A stretch of 64,000 bases of DNA from a bacterium (GCA_021780675.1 JAJXYH010000004.1:5668-69667); one strand, 5' to 3'. Shown: positions 30,858-40,479, counted from the stretch's first letter. Numbers and translations: made by a program. Notes: generated by a model not told the origin, from the sequence alone.

Positions 30858-31964
30858 ATGAAAGTATCTTTTCTTTCAGATAAACTTCAAGAGAAGCTTG
30901 CCTTTTTAAACCATGCTGTTTCCATAAGAGGACAGCTTCCAATCCTTTCTTGTTTTTTAATAGAAGCAGGTAAAGGAAAACTTCATATAAGCTCAACGGA
31001 CCTAGAAATAGGAATAACTTCAAGCATAGCCGCAAATGTTGAAAAAGAGGGAAAGGTTGCAATACCAGCAAAAAATTTTACAGATCTTTTATCTAATCTG
31101 GAAAATAAAAAAATAACTCTGGTTCAGGAAGGAGAGGTTTTAAATTTGACAGGAGAAAAAGTTAAAGCGTCGTTTCAGATTATGAATAACGAAGAATTCC
31201 CCAAGCTATACGAAGACGAAGGAGAAATGATAGTATCGTTAAAACCTGAAGAAATAATGAAATACTTTCAAAGAGTAGGGTTTGCTGCATCTTCTGTTGA
31301 GACCTCTCGCCCGGCACTATCGGGGGTTCTTTTCGACAAGGAGAAAGAAGGGGTAGTTGTGGTAGCAACGGACAGTTACAGGCTTTCTTTACAGAAAAAC
31401 GTTTTCAAGACAACACAAAGCCTTAAAAAGCCACTTGTAATACCGTCTAGAGTAATTAGAGAATTAATGTCGATAAAAACAGATGGAACAATAAAAGTAC
31501 ATGTTTCCGAAAAGAATAATCAAGTTTTGTTTTTAACTCAGGAAACAGTTTTGGTGGGAAGACTCATAGAAGCGGAATACCCCGAATATCAGAAAATAAT
31601 TCCAAACGAATTTTCAACAAAAACAGAAGTAGGAAGAGAGGATCTTCTTAAAGCAGTTAGAATTGCATCTGTTTTTGCAAGAGAGACAGCAAACATCGTG
31701 AGGTTAATAATTGAAAAGTCAAAAATTACTGTTTCTGCAAATTCACCGTCGGTTGGGGAGGATGCCGTAGAAATTGAAGCTAAAACTACGGGGGAAAACA
31801 ATGAAATTGCATTTAACGCAAAATACCTTTTAGATATACTTTCAATTCTTGACGTAGAAGAAGTTGTATTTGAAATGAATAATCCTTTAAGCTCGGGGGT
31901 TTTTAAAATTAAAGGAGACAACTCCTTTCTACATCTTATAATGCCGATTAGGGTACAGGGGTAG
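30858..31964 (+). CDS. dnaN: DNA polymerase III beta sliding clamp
   Basis: 368 aa, three-domain clamp. Conserved LSGVLF, ATDSYRL and IMPIR motifs. Confidence 0.9.
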   Translation: MKVSFLSDKLQEKLAFLNHAVSIRGQLPILSCFLIEAGKGKLHISSTDLEIGITSSIAANVEKEGKVAIPAKNFTDLLSNLENKKITLVQEGEVLNLTGEKVKASFQIMNNEEFPKLYEDEGEMIVSLKPEEIMKYFQRVGFAASSVETSRPALSGVLFDKEKEGVVVVATDSYRLSLQKNVFKTTQSLKKPLVIPSRVIRELMSIKTDGTIKVHVSEKNNQVLFLTQETVLVGRLIEAEYPEYQKIIPNEFSTKTEVGREDLLKAVRIASVFARETANIVRLIIEKSKITVSANSPSVGEDAVEIEAKTTGENNEIAFNAKYLLDILSILDVEEVVFEMNNPLSSGVFKIKGDNSFLHLIMPIRVQG

Positions 31965-31965
31965 T

Positions 31966-32361
31966 TTACTGAGTGTTTATGAGTGGAGGGGTTTTATATA
32001 TTGTTATTAAATTATTGAACCAATTTCTAGTTAAACCACCGTTAGAAGTTAAAAATTCCTCAAACTCTTTGTTTCCGGCATCTTTGTTTGATGGATTAAT
32101 ATATAAAGTAAATTCATTTTTTGCATAACTATAATATAGAGAAAAGTTTTTTCCACGATAAGGAAGTTTATTTAAAAGATTACCGGCGCTTACTCCCTTG
32201 TCTTGTTGAGATTGCTGCCCTTTTGTAATTGGGTTATTGTTTACAGGTTTAGCTGTGACGGGAGGCTTAGGACCAGAGTTTAGATACAAAACAATTCCAA
32301 TCAAGCAAATAATTAAAACAACTGACATCGCAAAGAGTGCGTATAAAGCTTTATTACTCAT
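31966..32361 (-). CDS. membrane-anchored hypothetical protein (last gene of T4SS-like operon)
   Basis: 131 aa, one N-terminal TM. Confidence 0.35.
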   Translation of the reverse strand: MSNKALYALFAMSVVLIICLIGIVLYLNSGPKPPVTAKPVNNNPITKGQQSQQDKGVSAGNLLNKLPYRGKNFSLYYSYAKNEFTLYINPSNKDAGNKEFEEFLTSNGGLTRNWFNNLITIYKTPPLINTQ

Positions 32362-32370
32362 ATTTACATT

Positions 32371-33510
32371 TTACTGTATCGGCCTAACCGGTACAAGCCA
32401 GTACCAACCAGTACCACCTAGGTATGCAGAATACCATTTAAATTCATTAGACAAAGACGTACAGCCATTTGGATCTCTCACGTGTATATCCACACCTCCT
32501 GAGGAATTAATTCTAACATCATCAACAACAAAAGAATGACCTCCATTAATTGGGGGCCAATAAGCACCAGCAAACAATAGATATCCATTGCTCAAATAAC
32601 TTTTAGCTTGTGTGTAATTTATTGATTGAGAACCAGACTTTAGATTTACGTGTGGATCTTCATATCCAAGAGACTTAAACCAGTTATCTTTTTGGGTAGA
32701 AAATGTCCAAAAACTTGTTCCCGTACGACCGCTTCCCGGTAGGTTGGACCACCCGTTTGTGTCAAAATCAGCCGCAATTTCTGCAGGTCCATGCGTGTCG
32801 CAATAGCTACTCATAATCATTGCCAAGCTGGTTGGGCCACAACCGGTACTAGCAATTGTTCCCGAATCAAAACGCCTACTTGAATAACTTTGCCCCCACT
32901 GACAATAAAATTTATTTGTTGGAGAAGCTTTGCAACCCGAACCTGGTGGTGTGGATGAGGACCCCGAACCGGGAGGCAGGCAACAGATTAAACCCTGCCC
33001 ACAAACTAACCCTCCGGTATCTTGTACCATTGGGGGAGTCAAGGTTGTGCAATCAGTGCCGGCAGGCTTACATAAAGAACCTGTAACGGATGAGCATTGT
33101 GTTGATTGGTTATTAGCTGTTGTTGTTGGTTGACCAGTAATAACAGTTATGATTGCAGTAAAAATGATTACCACCAGTATAACTACTACCACAATTAAAA
33201 CAGGAATAATCCAGGCAGGTGCAGAAGAGACAATTACCGTAGCAATTCGTCTTTTAACCTCTTTTTTTACCCTATCTTCCAGTTTGTTTTTTGCAGCACC
33301 ACCGATATTTCTTAACGTTCCTCCTCCTGGAATGTTGCCACCACTCTGTCTTCCAGACGCTTCGTCGTTGGTGTTACCGCTCCCTATATTTCCCGTAAGA
33401 TTTCTGGACAACCTATTAATTTTAACACCCTGTTTTAAAGTGTTTGGTTTATTTACGCCCTGTTTTAAGGTGTTAGGTGTAGGTTTTCCCGAACTACTAC
33501 TGTCTGCCAT
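32371..33510 (-). CDS. membrane-anchored C39-like/CHAP-like cysteine peptidase domain protein (candidate cell-wall hydrolase of the T4SS-like locus)
   Basis: CQWGQSY...STGCGPTSLAMIMSSY (Cys nucleophile in a C39/CHAP-like context) and a downstream GGHSFVVDDV His. N-terminal tandem repeat KPNTLKQGV x2, one TM, Cys-rich linker. Confidence 0.5.
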   Translation of the reverse strand: MADSSSSGKPTPNTLKQGVNKPNTLKQGVKINRLSRNLTGNIGSGNTNDEASGRQSGGNIPGGGTLRNIGGAAKNKLEDRVKKEVKRRIATVIVSSAPAWIIPVLIVVVVILVVIIFTAIITVITGQPTTTANNQSTQCSSVTGSLCKPAGTDCTTLTPPMVQDTGGLVCGQGLICCLPPGSGSSSTPPGSGCKASPTNKFYCQWGQSYSSRRFDSGTIASTGCGPTSLAMIMSSYCDTHGPAEIAADFDTNGWSNLPGSGRTGTSFWTFSTQKDNWFKSLGYEDPHVNLKSGSQSINYTQAKSYLSNGYLLFAGAYWPPINGGHSFVVDDVRINSSGGVDIHVRDPNGCTSLSNEFKWYSAYLGGTGWYWLVPVRPIQ

Positions 33511-33529
33511 AAATTAATAATACCAGATT

Positions 33530-35392
33530 TTAATCATTTACAATGTTTGGATGTGGTGAAGACGCAGGCATTGGGTCCGGAAGCTCAATGGGTTCTTCTT
33601 GCGGATTTTCTTCAACAACATCCTCAACCTCTTGCGGCTTCTTATCCTTATCTTGCGGATTAGTAGAAATCATATCATGTTCAAAAGGCGCTGCAACTAC
33701 TTGCATTGCAACGTGATTTTGCCCTGCGAAAAACAAACCCTCACCAATATTTGCAGACAGGAGTAGTTGCTTTTCTCCAACAGTTAAATAAAAAATATCA
33801 GCAATCATATCAACCTCTGCAGGACTTTGTTTTAAAAGCATTTGGATAGAAGAGTTGGAAAGCACAGCTTTTCCATAGTCGGTTGATAAAAAATCTTCGG
33901 CATCTTGAGTTGCTGTAGTTAATGCAAGATAGTATTTTCTTGCTCTTTTAGCAACACCATACACAAATGAGGCGGAATCTTCATGCTTCATCATATACCA
34001 GGCTTCATCAAGAATTAATAAGCGTTTTTTTAGGGTTTTTCTTACCTTTGTCCAAACAAAATCTAAAATTATATGCATTGCAATTGGTCTTAATTCATCC
34101 TCCAAAGCCTTAATATTAAAAACCGTAAAAGGATTGGTAATATCAAAGTTCGACTGTTGGTTAAAAAGGCCGCTTAGGCTTCCTTTAATAAATCTTTCCA
34201 GGCGTAAAGCAAGGTCTTTAGCCGCGTTATCTTCCATTCCCAAAAGAACTTTATAAAGATCTTCCATTAGTGGTGGGGTTTTCTTTTGTGTTTCAGGGTC
34301 GGTGGTAATTCCTTTTAATCTGTATGTTTCAACGAGTGCCCTATCTAAAATTGCATCATGTTGAGCATCAAGCTCACCAAGGACTATTTTTAAAAGTCCG
34401 TGTAGGGATAAGATTTTTAAACCAAGTTCATTTTCATCTTTTTCATAAAGTCCGGAAAGATCAAATGGGTTGATTTTTATATTTGAGCTTGATGCAAAAG
34501 TTACCTCCTCGCCACCCACAAGCTCTGATAATTTAGAATATTCACCTTCAGGATCTATGATTATGATTTCTGCACCAAACATAAAATTTCTTAATGCCTC
34601 AAGCTTAATTAAATATGATTTTCCCGCCCCCGATTTTCCAAACACAACTTCATTCGCGTTTTCCAAACTGAATCTATCAAAAATGATTAATGAACCGTTT
34701 TGTTGGTTTATCCCATACATGATTCCTTTATCTTGGGCCAAAATGGCTGAGGTAAAAGGAAAGGTTGAAGCAAGCGATGTGGTATCCATATTCCTGGTTA
34801 TAAAAAGCTTATCTTGACCAAGTGGGATGGTAGACTTAAACCCTTCTTCCATTTGAAGGGTTGCGGGTTTTGGAACCATAAGGATTGAGCTTAGTGTGGT
34901 TGTAAGTTTTTTAGAAGCTTCGTTTAAGTCCTCCAATTTTTCGGAAAAAAGCGTAATATAAAGACTAAATTGGAAAAATCTTTCCATGCCTTTAGCAAGT
35001 TCTTCTTGAACCGCAAGAGCATCTTCTAAAGAGGCGGAAACCTTTGGGTCTACCTGAAGACCTTCTTCTTCCTGAGAATAGATAGTCGCCTCCATTTCGG
35101 TAATTTTTCTTCTAAGATCTGATAAAACATCTGCAGAAGAAGTTGGATATAAGAACATAGAGACATTCATTGAATGATCAAAATTAATTAATGGCTCGAG
35201 CCAGTTTGCGGAAACAAACCTCGGATACCCAACAACAAACAAAGTTTTGTAATATTTTTCTCCTACGCGAATATGGTTAAAGTCTACTTCAACAGAAGGA
35301 GGCGCGATAACATCAGGAATAGAAACCAAATCTCGCTTGATATCTGGTTGTGCATCGTCGTTTTTTACAGTATTTTTTTTGCCGAAAGTCAT
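33530..35392 (-). CDS. virB4: VirB4/TrbE/CagE-family type IV secretion ATPase (ATPase part)
   Basis: IRVGEKYYKTLFVVGYPRFVSANWLEPL motif, Walker A FGKSGAGKSY, Walker B LLILDEAWYMM (DEAW). Confidence 0.75.
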   Translation of the reverse strand: MTFGKKNTVKNDDAQPDIKRDLVSIPDVIAPPSVEVDFNHIRVGEKYYKTLFVVGYPRFVSANWLEPLINFDHSMNVSMFLYPTSSADVLSDLRRKITEMEATIYSQEEEGLQVDPKVSASLEDALAVQEELAKGMERFFQFSLYITLFSEKLEDLNEASKKLTTTLSSILMVPKPATLQMEEGFKSTIPLGQDKLFITRNMDTTSLASTFPFTSAILAQDKGIMYGINQQNGSLIIFDRFSLENANEVVFGKSGAGKSYLIKLEALRNFMFGAEIIIIDPEGEYSKLSELVGGEEVTFASSSNIKINPFDLSGLYEKDENELGLKILSLHGLLKIVLGELDAQHDAILDRALVETYRLKGITTDPETQKKTPPLMEDLYKVLLGMEDNAAKDLALRLERFIKGSLSGLFNQQSNFDITNPFTVFNIKALEDELRPIAMHIILDFVWTKVRKTLKKRLLILDEAWYMMKHEDSASFVYGVAKRARKYYLALTTATQDAEDFLSTDYGKAVLSNSSIQMLLKQSPAEVDMIADIFYLTVGEKQLLLSANIGEGLFFAGQNHVAMQVVAAPFEHDMISTNPQDKDKKPQEVEDVVEENPQEEPIELPDPMPASSPHPNIVND

Positions 35393-36051
35393 TTTTCCAA
35401 TACCTCCTGCTCTGATGGCTTAACTAAATTTTCCGCCTGCTCAAAGTTAATATTGGCATCGTTAAATATTTCATAAAAAAGTTTTACTAATTTTTCCTTT
35501 CCCAGTATTTCAGCTCTTAAATTAACTCTTCCTATTTGGTTTAATAATCCTTCTGCTTTTGAGTGTAGGGCAGATTTTGCGCCAACCGCAAATAAATTTT
35601 GCTCAGAATTGACTCCCATTTGTTGAGAAACTCCACCGATACCGCTTTCCAAAGAAGAATAATAAATCACAATATAGAATTTTTTGTCAAGAATGGTATT
35701 AACCTTCACAAGTTCGGAGATAAAATCTTTATACATTGAGATATATTTTGAGAATAATGGATTTTTTGATTGTTGTGCCTCGTCTGCTAAGAGCTTTATA
35801 TACGATGAAATATTTACCCTTTTACTTCTTATGATTATTTGTACAGGGTAGGATATTGAATTCAAAAGCGCAGCATAAGCATAAATTTTAGCATCCTGTT
35901 CGTCAGGTGAAAGAAGTGCAAAGTTCGTGGCACTTATTTCAAGGACAATACATGCATAACCACCATTTAAAATTACCACATCATCAACAATATCCTGGAT
36001 TTCGGTAAATTTTTGGGTTGAGTTAGATAATTTTTGGGCAGAGCCTTTCAT
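35389..36051 (-). CDS. VirB4 N-terminal-domain-like protein (probable split N-terminal part of VirB4)
   Basis: The pattern VDDVVILNGGYACIVLEISATNFALLSPDEQDAKIYAYAALLNSISYPVQIIIRSKRV follows the CagE_TrbE_VirB N-domain logic. ATGA overlap with the downstream ATPase ORF. Combined length ~840 aa, close to canonical VirB4. Confidence 0.4.
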   Translation of the reverse strand: MKGSAQKLSNSTQKFTEIQDIVDDVVILNGGYACIVLEISATNFALLSPDEQDAKIYAYAALLNSISYPVQIIIRSKRVNISSYIKLLADEAQQSKNPLFSKYISMYKDFISELVKVNTILDKKFYIVIYYSSLESGIGGVSQQMGVNSEQNLFAVGAKSALHSKAEGLLNQIGRVNLRAEILGKEKLVKLFYEIFNDANINFEQAENLVKPSEQEVLEK

Positions 36052-37382
36052 TAATTAAAAAGAGACCTCCTTAATTCTTCTCTTGTATCTATTGATATAA
36101 TTTCAAGCGGCATAATTATTTCACCGGACGCTTTAAATCCTACCGTTTCAAACTTATTTTGTCCTCTTGGATCTTCAAATTCTATACTATAGTCACCGTC
36201 TGTAAGAGCAGTTGCAGAAGCAAATTGTCCCAAAGCGTTTGTTTTAAATGCCCTGACGGCATTTCCCTGTAAATCTTTTACCTCAACCAATATATTTGGT
36301 AGGGGGTTTCCTCTTGGATCTTTAACGATACCAGAAATAACATTTGGAAATTCAGGGGCAGCAACTAAACCAACACTTTTGGTTAAGTTTTGCGGAATAC
36401 TTCTCACTAATTTTGCTTCCTGTGGTTGTAGTTGTGCAATTTGTGGTATAGCAATATTTTGATTTTGCGAAGTCATTTGCTTTTGAATTTGTACTAATTT
36501 ATCTTCAAGTTGTTGTTTTTGAAGCTGCATATCGCTTAAGCTTTGCTGAAGTTCTAAAACTTTTTGATGGGCTTCTAAAAATTGTTTTTCATCTTGCTGC
36601 GAAACTGTTTGTAATGGCGCAGGTTGCGGCGGAGCGGGTAGTGGAGTAGTGGCTGTATCCGGTTTAGGCTTTAACTGCTGTGAGACGTCTTGAATTATTT
36701 CCGGAGTTTTTATTGTGGTGTCTATGGTATTTATAGCTGCTGCTGGTTTAACAGGGCTTGTAATATTGGGTAAAGTTGCCAGCTGTTCCACCGCTTCAGG
36801 TTGCGGAGCTTGATTTGAGTATGCGTGCTGCGGAATATAGCTCGGTAGGTTAACAGGCGTTCCACTTTTTTGATAATGATCAACATTTTGTAAAAACACC
36901 ATTTCTTTTTGGTCAAGCTTGCTGGCTGATTTGGGAAGTGTTTTCAAAAAACTTTGAAGCTGCTGATCGGACATATCAGAAATAGTTTGACGTTTTTTTG
37001 CAAAGTCACTAATTTTTTTTACCTCTTGTTCTTGTAACCCCTCCGAACCCTGTTGATAAATATATTGAGTAGGCTTAGTTAGGGCTTTTATTAAATGCGT
37101 TATCATTACATCAAGCGGCCTTCCGTCTATTGGTAAAAATGCCAAAGAGGCTCCCATAGCGGCAGAAAGAACAGCAAGGGGTATTTTAAGTAGAAAAAAA
37201 AGCGGAGAAATGTAAAAAACCCAAGCAACTATAAATCCCGCAGTAAGGTAGCCGAATTGTTTTATGGTCATACTCCCAATTAGTTTAAACTGGAATCCCG
37301 TAATGTCTTGTGGTATCGGATGGTTTTCGATGTCCATATAAAAAAGCATATAACGTGAAAAATCTGGTTTCAAGAGAATCAA
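36051..37382 (-). CDS. PrgI/VirB3-like membrane protein fused to Q/P-rich coiled region and a C-terminal carboxypeptidase-regulatory-like (transthyretin-fold) domain
   Basis: N-terminal IPQDITGFQFKLIGSMTIKQFGYLTAGFIVAWVF resembles the PrgI family. C-terminal GIVKDPRGNPLPNILVEVKDLQGNAVRAFKTNALGQFASATALTDGDYSIEFEDPRG resembles the CarboxypepD_reg fold. ATGA/ATG overlap with the next gene. Confidence 0.45.
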   Translation of the reverse strand: MILLKPDFSRYMLFYMDIENHPIPQDITGFQFKLIGSMTIKQFGYLTAGFIVAWVFYISPLFFLLKIPLAVLSAAMGASLAFLPIDGRPLDVMITHLIKALTKPTQYIYQQGSEGLQEQEVKKISDFAKKRQTISDMSDQQLQSFLKTLPKSASKLDQKEMVFLQNVDHYQKSGTPVNLPSYIPQHAYSNQAPQPEAVEQLATLPNITSPVKPAAAINTIDTTIKTPEIIQDVSQQLKPKPDTATTPLPAPPQPAPLQTVSQQDEKQFLEAHQKVLELQQSLSDMQLQKQQLEDKLVQIQKQMTSQNQNIAIPQIAQLQPQEAKLVRSIPQNLTKSVGLVAAPEFPNVISGIVKDPRGNPLPNILVEVKDLQGNAVRAFKTNALGQFASATALTDGDYSIEFEDPRGQNKFETVGFKASGEIIMPLEIISIDTREELRRSLFN

Positions 37383-37431
37383 AGTGGGTCAAAAGTCTTT
37401 GAAAGTATATCTAAATTTCCGTGAAAAATTC

Positions 37432-37752
37432 TTATCCGCAAGTTCTGAATGAGAATTCAAATGAAGTGGTGTCAATACACCCAACCCCTGTTACACTTCC
37501 TATAAATTTAATGATGAAAAATGACAGCATTACTAAAACTAACCCTAACACGGCAAAGGCAATTGTTTTTCTGGCTTGGTCAAGTTTCTTGGGATCACCC
37601 CCCGAAACTAAAAACCGTATTCCACCTATGATAATAACAATTACGGCAATAGATCCGGACAGTAAAATTCCCCAGTAAATAAAATTTAATATTATTATTG
37701 GTATACAACTAATTGTTGCAACCCCATTAGAACTACACGTTCTCCAGTCCAT
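37432..37752 (-). CDS. VirB2/TrbC-type T4SS pilin-like protein (short paralog)
   Basis: Shared C-terminal module: TM...SGGDPKKLDQARKTIAFAVLGLVLVML. Confidence 0.55.
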   Translation of the reverse strand: MDWRTCSSNGVATISCIPIIILNFIYWGILLSGSIAVIVIIIGGIRFLVSGGDPKKLDQARKTIAFAVLGLVLVMLSFFIIKFIGSVTGVGCIDTTSFEFSFRTCG

Positions 37753-37803
37753 GATTTAAGCTTAAAAGAAATAAAAACAAATTGCAAGTAGGTTTAGTTA
37801 TGT

Positions 37804-38202
37804 TTAGAAAGCTGTGGAGCCATTAATGTTTGGAATGACGACATTAGACAATGTATTAAGTCCAAAGAACTGGAGTATTAAGTTCAAAACCAAGTATGAA
37901 AGGAATATGATTACCAAACCAACGATTGCTGCAACAATATGTTCTCTAGCCGAAGCAACAGCTTGTTTGTCTCCGCCGGATGTTAACCATTTAAATCCTC
38001 CCCAAACAAGATAGAGAAGTGCAACTAAAATTGCTACTGCAAAAATTAAAGCAATCACAGTACCAACGATTGAACCGATATTATTGGAGCTTAAAGCACA
38101 AAGATGATTATATGGTCCTGCACATGCATCAACAGCAAAAGCAGGAACTGTAACTGTAAGAAATACTGCTGCGGGGGTAACCAGTGCGATTGCTTTTTTC
38201 AT
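37804..38202 (-). CDS. VirB2/TrbC-type T4SS pilin-like protein
   Basis: Signal peptide (AFA-VD). C-terminal LYLVWGGFKWLTSGGDKQAVASAREHIVAAIVGLVIIFLSY. Confidence 0.6.
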   Translation of the reverse strand: MKKAIALVTPAAVFLTVTVPAFAVDACAGPYNHLCALSSNNIGSIVGTVIALIFAVAILVALLYLVWGGFKWLTSGGDKQAVASAREHIVAAIVGLVIIFLSYLVLNLILQFFGLNTLSNVVIPNINGSTAF

Positions 38203-38271
38203 GTATATATTTATACTAATAAAGTTTTGATTTGTTTGTCAAGTACCAATTTAGCTTCAATTTAACATTAA

Positions 38272-39003
38272 TTAAAGAGTCGGTACGTTAAAAAACTGTA
38301 AGATAAGATTTACAATCAAAGCAGCAAGAAATACTATAATCAAACCAACGATTGCAAAAATAACTTTTTGTCTGGCAGAGGTTAAAGTCTGTTTGTTTCC
38401 ACCGGACATTAACCAGTCAAATCCTCCCCAGACCAGGTAAAAAAGCGCAAGAAGAATTGCAATTACAAACAAAATGTTTATTCCGAAGGCAAGAGCAGTA
38501 TTGTATTTTACAATAGGTACTCCGCCCGGCTGTCGCGCTTTAAAGAAATTTGCCAAAGTATCTAAAGCAACTGCGGGATTAACTTCGCCCCAATTCCCCC
38601 AACTGTTACCGGTTTGAGTACCATTATTATTTGAAATACATCCTGCAGAATGATCACATTTGTCTCCGGTTGAGCAGGTTAATGTTATTATATTGCAGGT
38701 TGTTCCTTGTGGGGCACCACTGCTTGGAAAGCAATTCTGAGTGGTTCCTTCCCAGTTGCAGTTTTGTGGACAGGTTTTACAATTCCCGCCAGAAGCAACA
38801 CAACAAACTCCCAATCCACCCTGACCACCTAATGAACAGACCCTAGTACTATCAACATATTGATTCGCTTGGCCACAAGTTGTTACACCGTTTGCTACGC
38901 AATCCAGGCATCCTGGAGGAAGGAGCGCTCCTTGGGCAACAGGGGTTTTAATCACGAAAATAAATAATAATAAAAAACTAAAAAAATAAAATAATTTTTT
39001 CAT
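38272..39003 (-). CDS. VirB2/TrbC-type pilin-like protein with Cys-rich N-terminal ectodomain
   Basis: Signal peptide, ~25 Cys in the ectodomain. C-terminal FYLVWGGFDWLMSGGNKQTLTSARQKVIFAIVGLIIVFLAAL. Confidence 0.6.
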   Translation of the reverse strand: MKKLFYFFSFLLLFIFVIKTPVAQGALLPPGCLDCVANGVTTCGQANQYVDSTRVCSLGGQGGLGVCCVASGGNCKTCPQNCNWEGTTQNCFPSSGAPQGTTCNIITLTCSTGDKCDHSAGCISNNNGTQTGNSWGNWGEVNPAVALDTLANFFKARQPGGVPIVKYNTALAFGINILFVIAILLALFYLVWGGFDWLMSGGNKQTLTSARQKVIFAIVGLIIVFLAALIVNLILQFFNVPTL

Positions 39004-39005
39004 AA

Positions 39006-40454
39006 TTATTGATTAAAAATATTTAATATATCAACTCCAATGAAATTCATAAGGGTAAATGTAAAAATTATTAGAACCAGTCCTACAATTGCTGCAGTTA
39101 ATTGCTCCTGCGCATCTTTAGTTTTTTCGGGGTTTCCTTGTGAAACTATTAATTTATAAGCGGAGTAAATTATTAAAAGTGTTGCGATTCCGCCTGCAAT
39201 AGATAAAATAATTGAAAAGATTTTTGAAACTAACCCCTGAGAATCAGTGCTAAAATTACCAAATGCTGTTGGGCAAGTTGTTATATATTTCCCGTTCACA
39301 AGGGTTGTCGTGCAGGGAAGTTGACCGTTGGTAAATCCAGAACCAAGCCCCCCTCCACAACCAACCCCTTCAACGCACTGACTGGAGCTACAGCTTTGGT
39401 AAGTTGGAGAAGTAGTCAAAGCGGGTATATCTGGATGACTTTGTCTAGTACATTTTTGATTTTCCTGATTGGCAAGACTATTAAAAGTATAACCGCTAGG
39501 GCAGACAGCACAGTCTGTTCCTCCTCCTCTGCAGTGTGTTGCAGTACAGTCTGAAGCGCTGGTATAAGCCCCTGTCCCCGTACCTGTATGCACTACGCAT
39601 CCATATTGTGTGCAGTCATACCCGCCGCGGTTTGCATCAGCAGACCAAGTGCAACAGGTTTGAGTTGCGGCGCTTTGGCTTTTGCAGTAGGCGTTTCCAC
39701 TTGAGGTTATAATTCCCCCTGCTTGATGGCAGACGTTATTATTAGCTACACACTCTCCATCTCCTCCAGCGGGTGCAAAAGACTGGCAGGTTGGCGGTTC
39801 ACACTTGTTGGTTTTTAAATTACAGGTGTAACCTGTGTTTGCCCCACTACAGCTTCCATCAGCATTAGCGCTACAGGAGACTGTTAAATTGCAGTTCTTA
39901 TTGTAAACTAATCCACAATTTTTTGTGCCGCAAATTGCTGCTTGAGTGCAGCTTGGTGAAACGCATTTGCCGCTTCCCTGGTCCCATGAATAACCAGAAC
40001 TGCAAAGGCATTCTAAAATCGGTACCGCACCCGATTGGTTTGAATCTATACAGTTTAAACCAAGATTTGGTTTACATTGATACGTTCCATCGCAAGATTG
40101 ACCATAAGTTTTGTAATATGTGCAAACTCCAGTAGTTTTATTGGTATAAGCGAGAATAGAATTGCACGTACACATGCCATTTGGAGTGTAATATGTGGTG
40201 CAAGTTTGTTTACCTGTTGTGGGGTCGGTGACACATGTTTCATGTGAAGTATCTGTAGGGTTACTACAATACGTTGGGTAGCAACAAATACCAGGTGTTG
40301 CACCGCACGGCGCATTGGTGTTGGGCGTGCAATCTACCGCGGCAGCTGCCCAGGCATTATTTTTTAAAGGGGCTAAAGTAAAAAATAATATAAATAATAA
40401 AATTGCAGGAAACAAAAACTTAAGCAAACGCTTCATAAAATTATAGTAGAACAA
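39006..40454 (-). CDS. VirB2/TrbC-type pilin-like protein with large (~400 aa) Cys-rich ectodomain
   Basis: Signal peptide, about 60 Cys. C-terminal AYKLIVSQGNPEKTKDAQEQLTAAIVGLVLIIFTF pilin module. Confidence 0.55.
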   Translation of the reverse strand: MFYYNFMKRLLKFLFPAILLFILFFTLAPLKNNAWAAAAVDCTPNTNAPCGATPGICCYPTYCSNPTDTSHETCVTDPTTGKQTCTTYYTPNGMCTCNSILAYTNKTTGVCTYYKTYGQSCDGTYQCKPNLGLNCIDSNQSGAVPILECLCSSGYSWDQGSGKCVSPSCTQAAICGTKNCGLVYNKNCNLTVSCSANADGSCSGANTGYTCNLKTNKCEPPTCQSFAPAGGDGECVANNNVCHQAGGIITSSGNAYCKSQSAATQTCCTWSADANRGGYDCTQYGCVVHTGTGTGAYTSASDCTATHCRGGGTDCAVCPSGYTFNSLANQENQKCTRQSHPDIPALTTSPTYQSCSSSQCVEGVGCGGGLGSGFTNGQLPCTTTLVNGKYITTCPTAFGNFSTDSQGLVSKIFSIILSIAGGIATLLIIYSAYKLIVSQGNPEKTKDAQEQLTAAIVGLVLIIFTFTLMNFIGVDILNIFNQ

Positions 40455-40479
40455 AACTTAAATAAAATGCAAGTATAGT

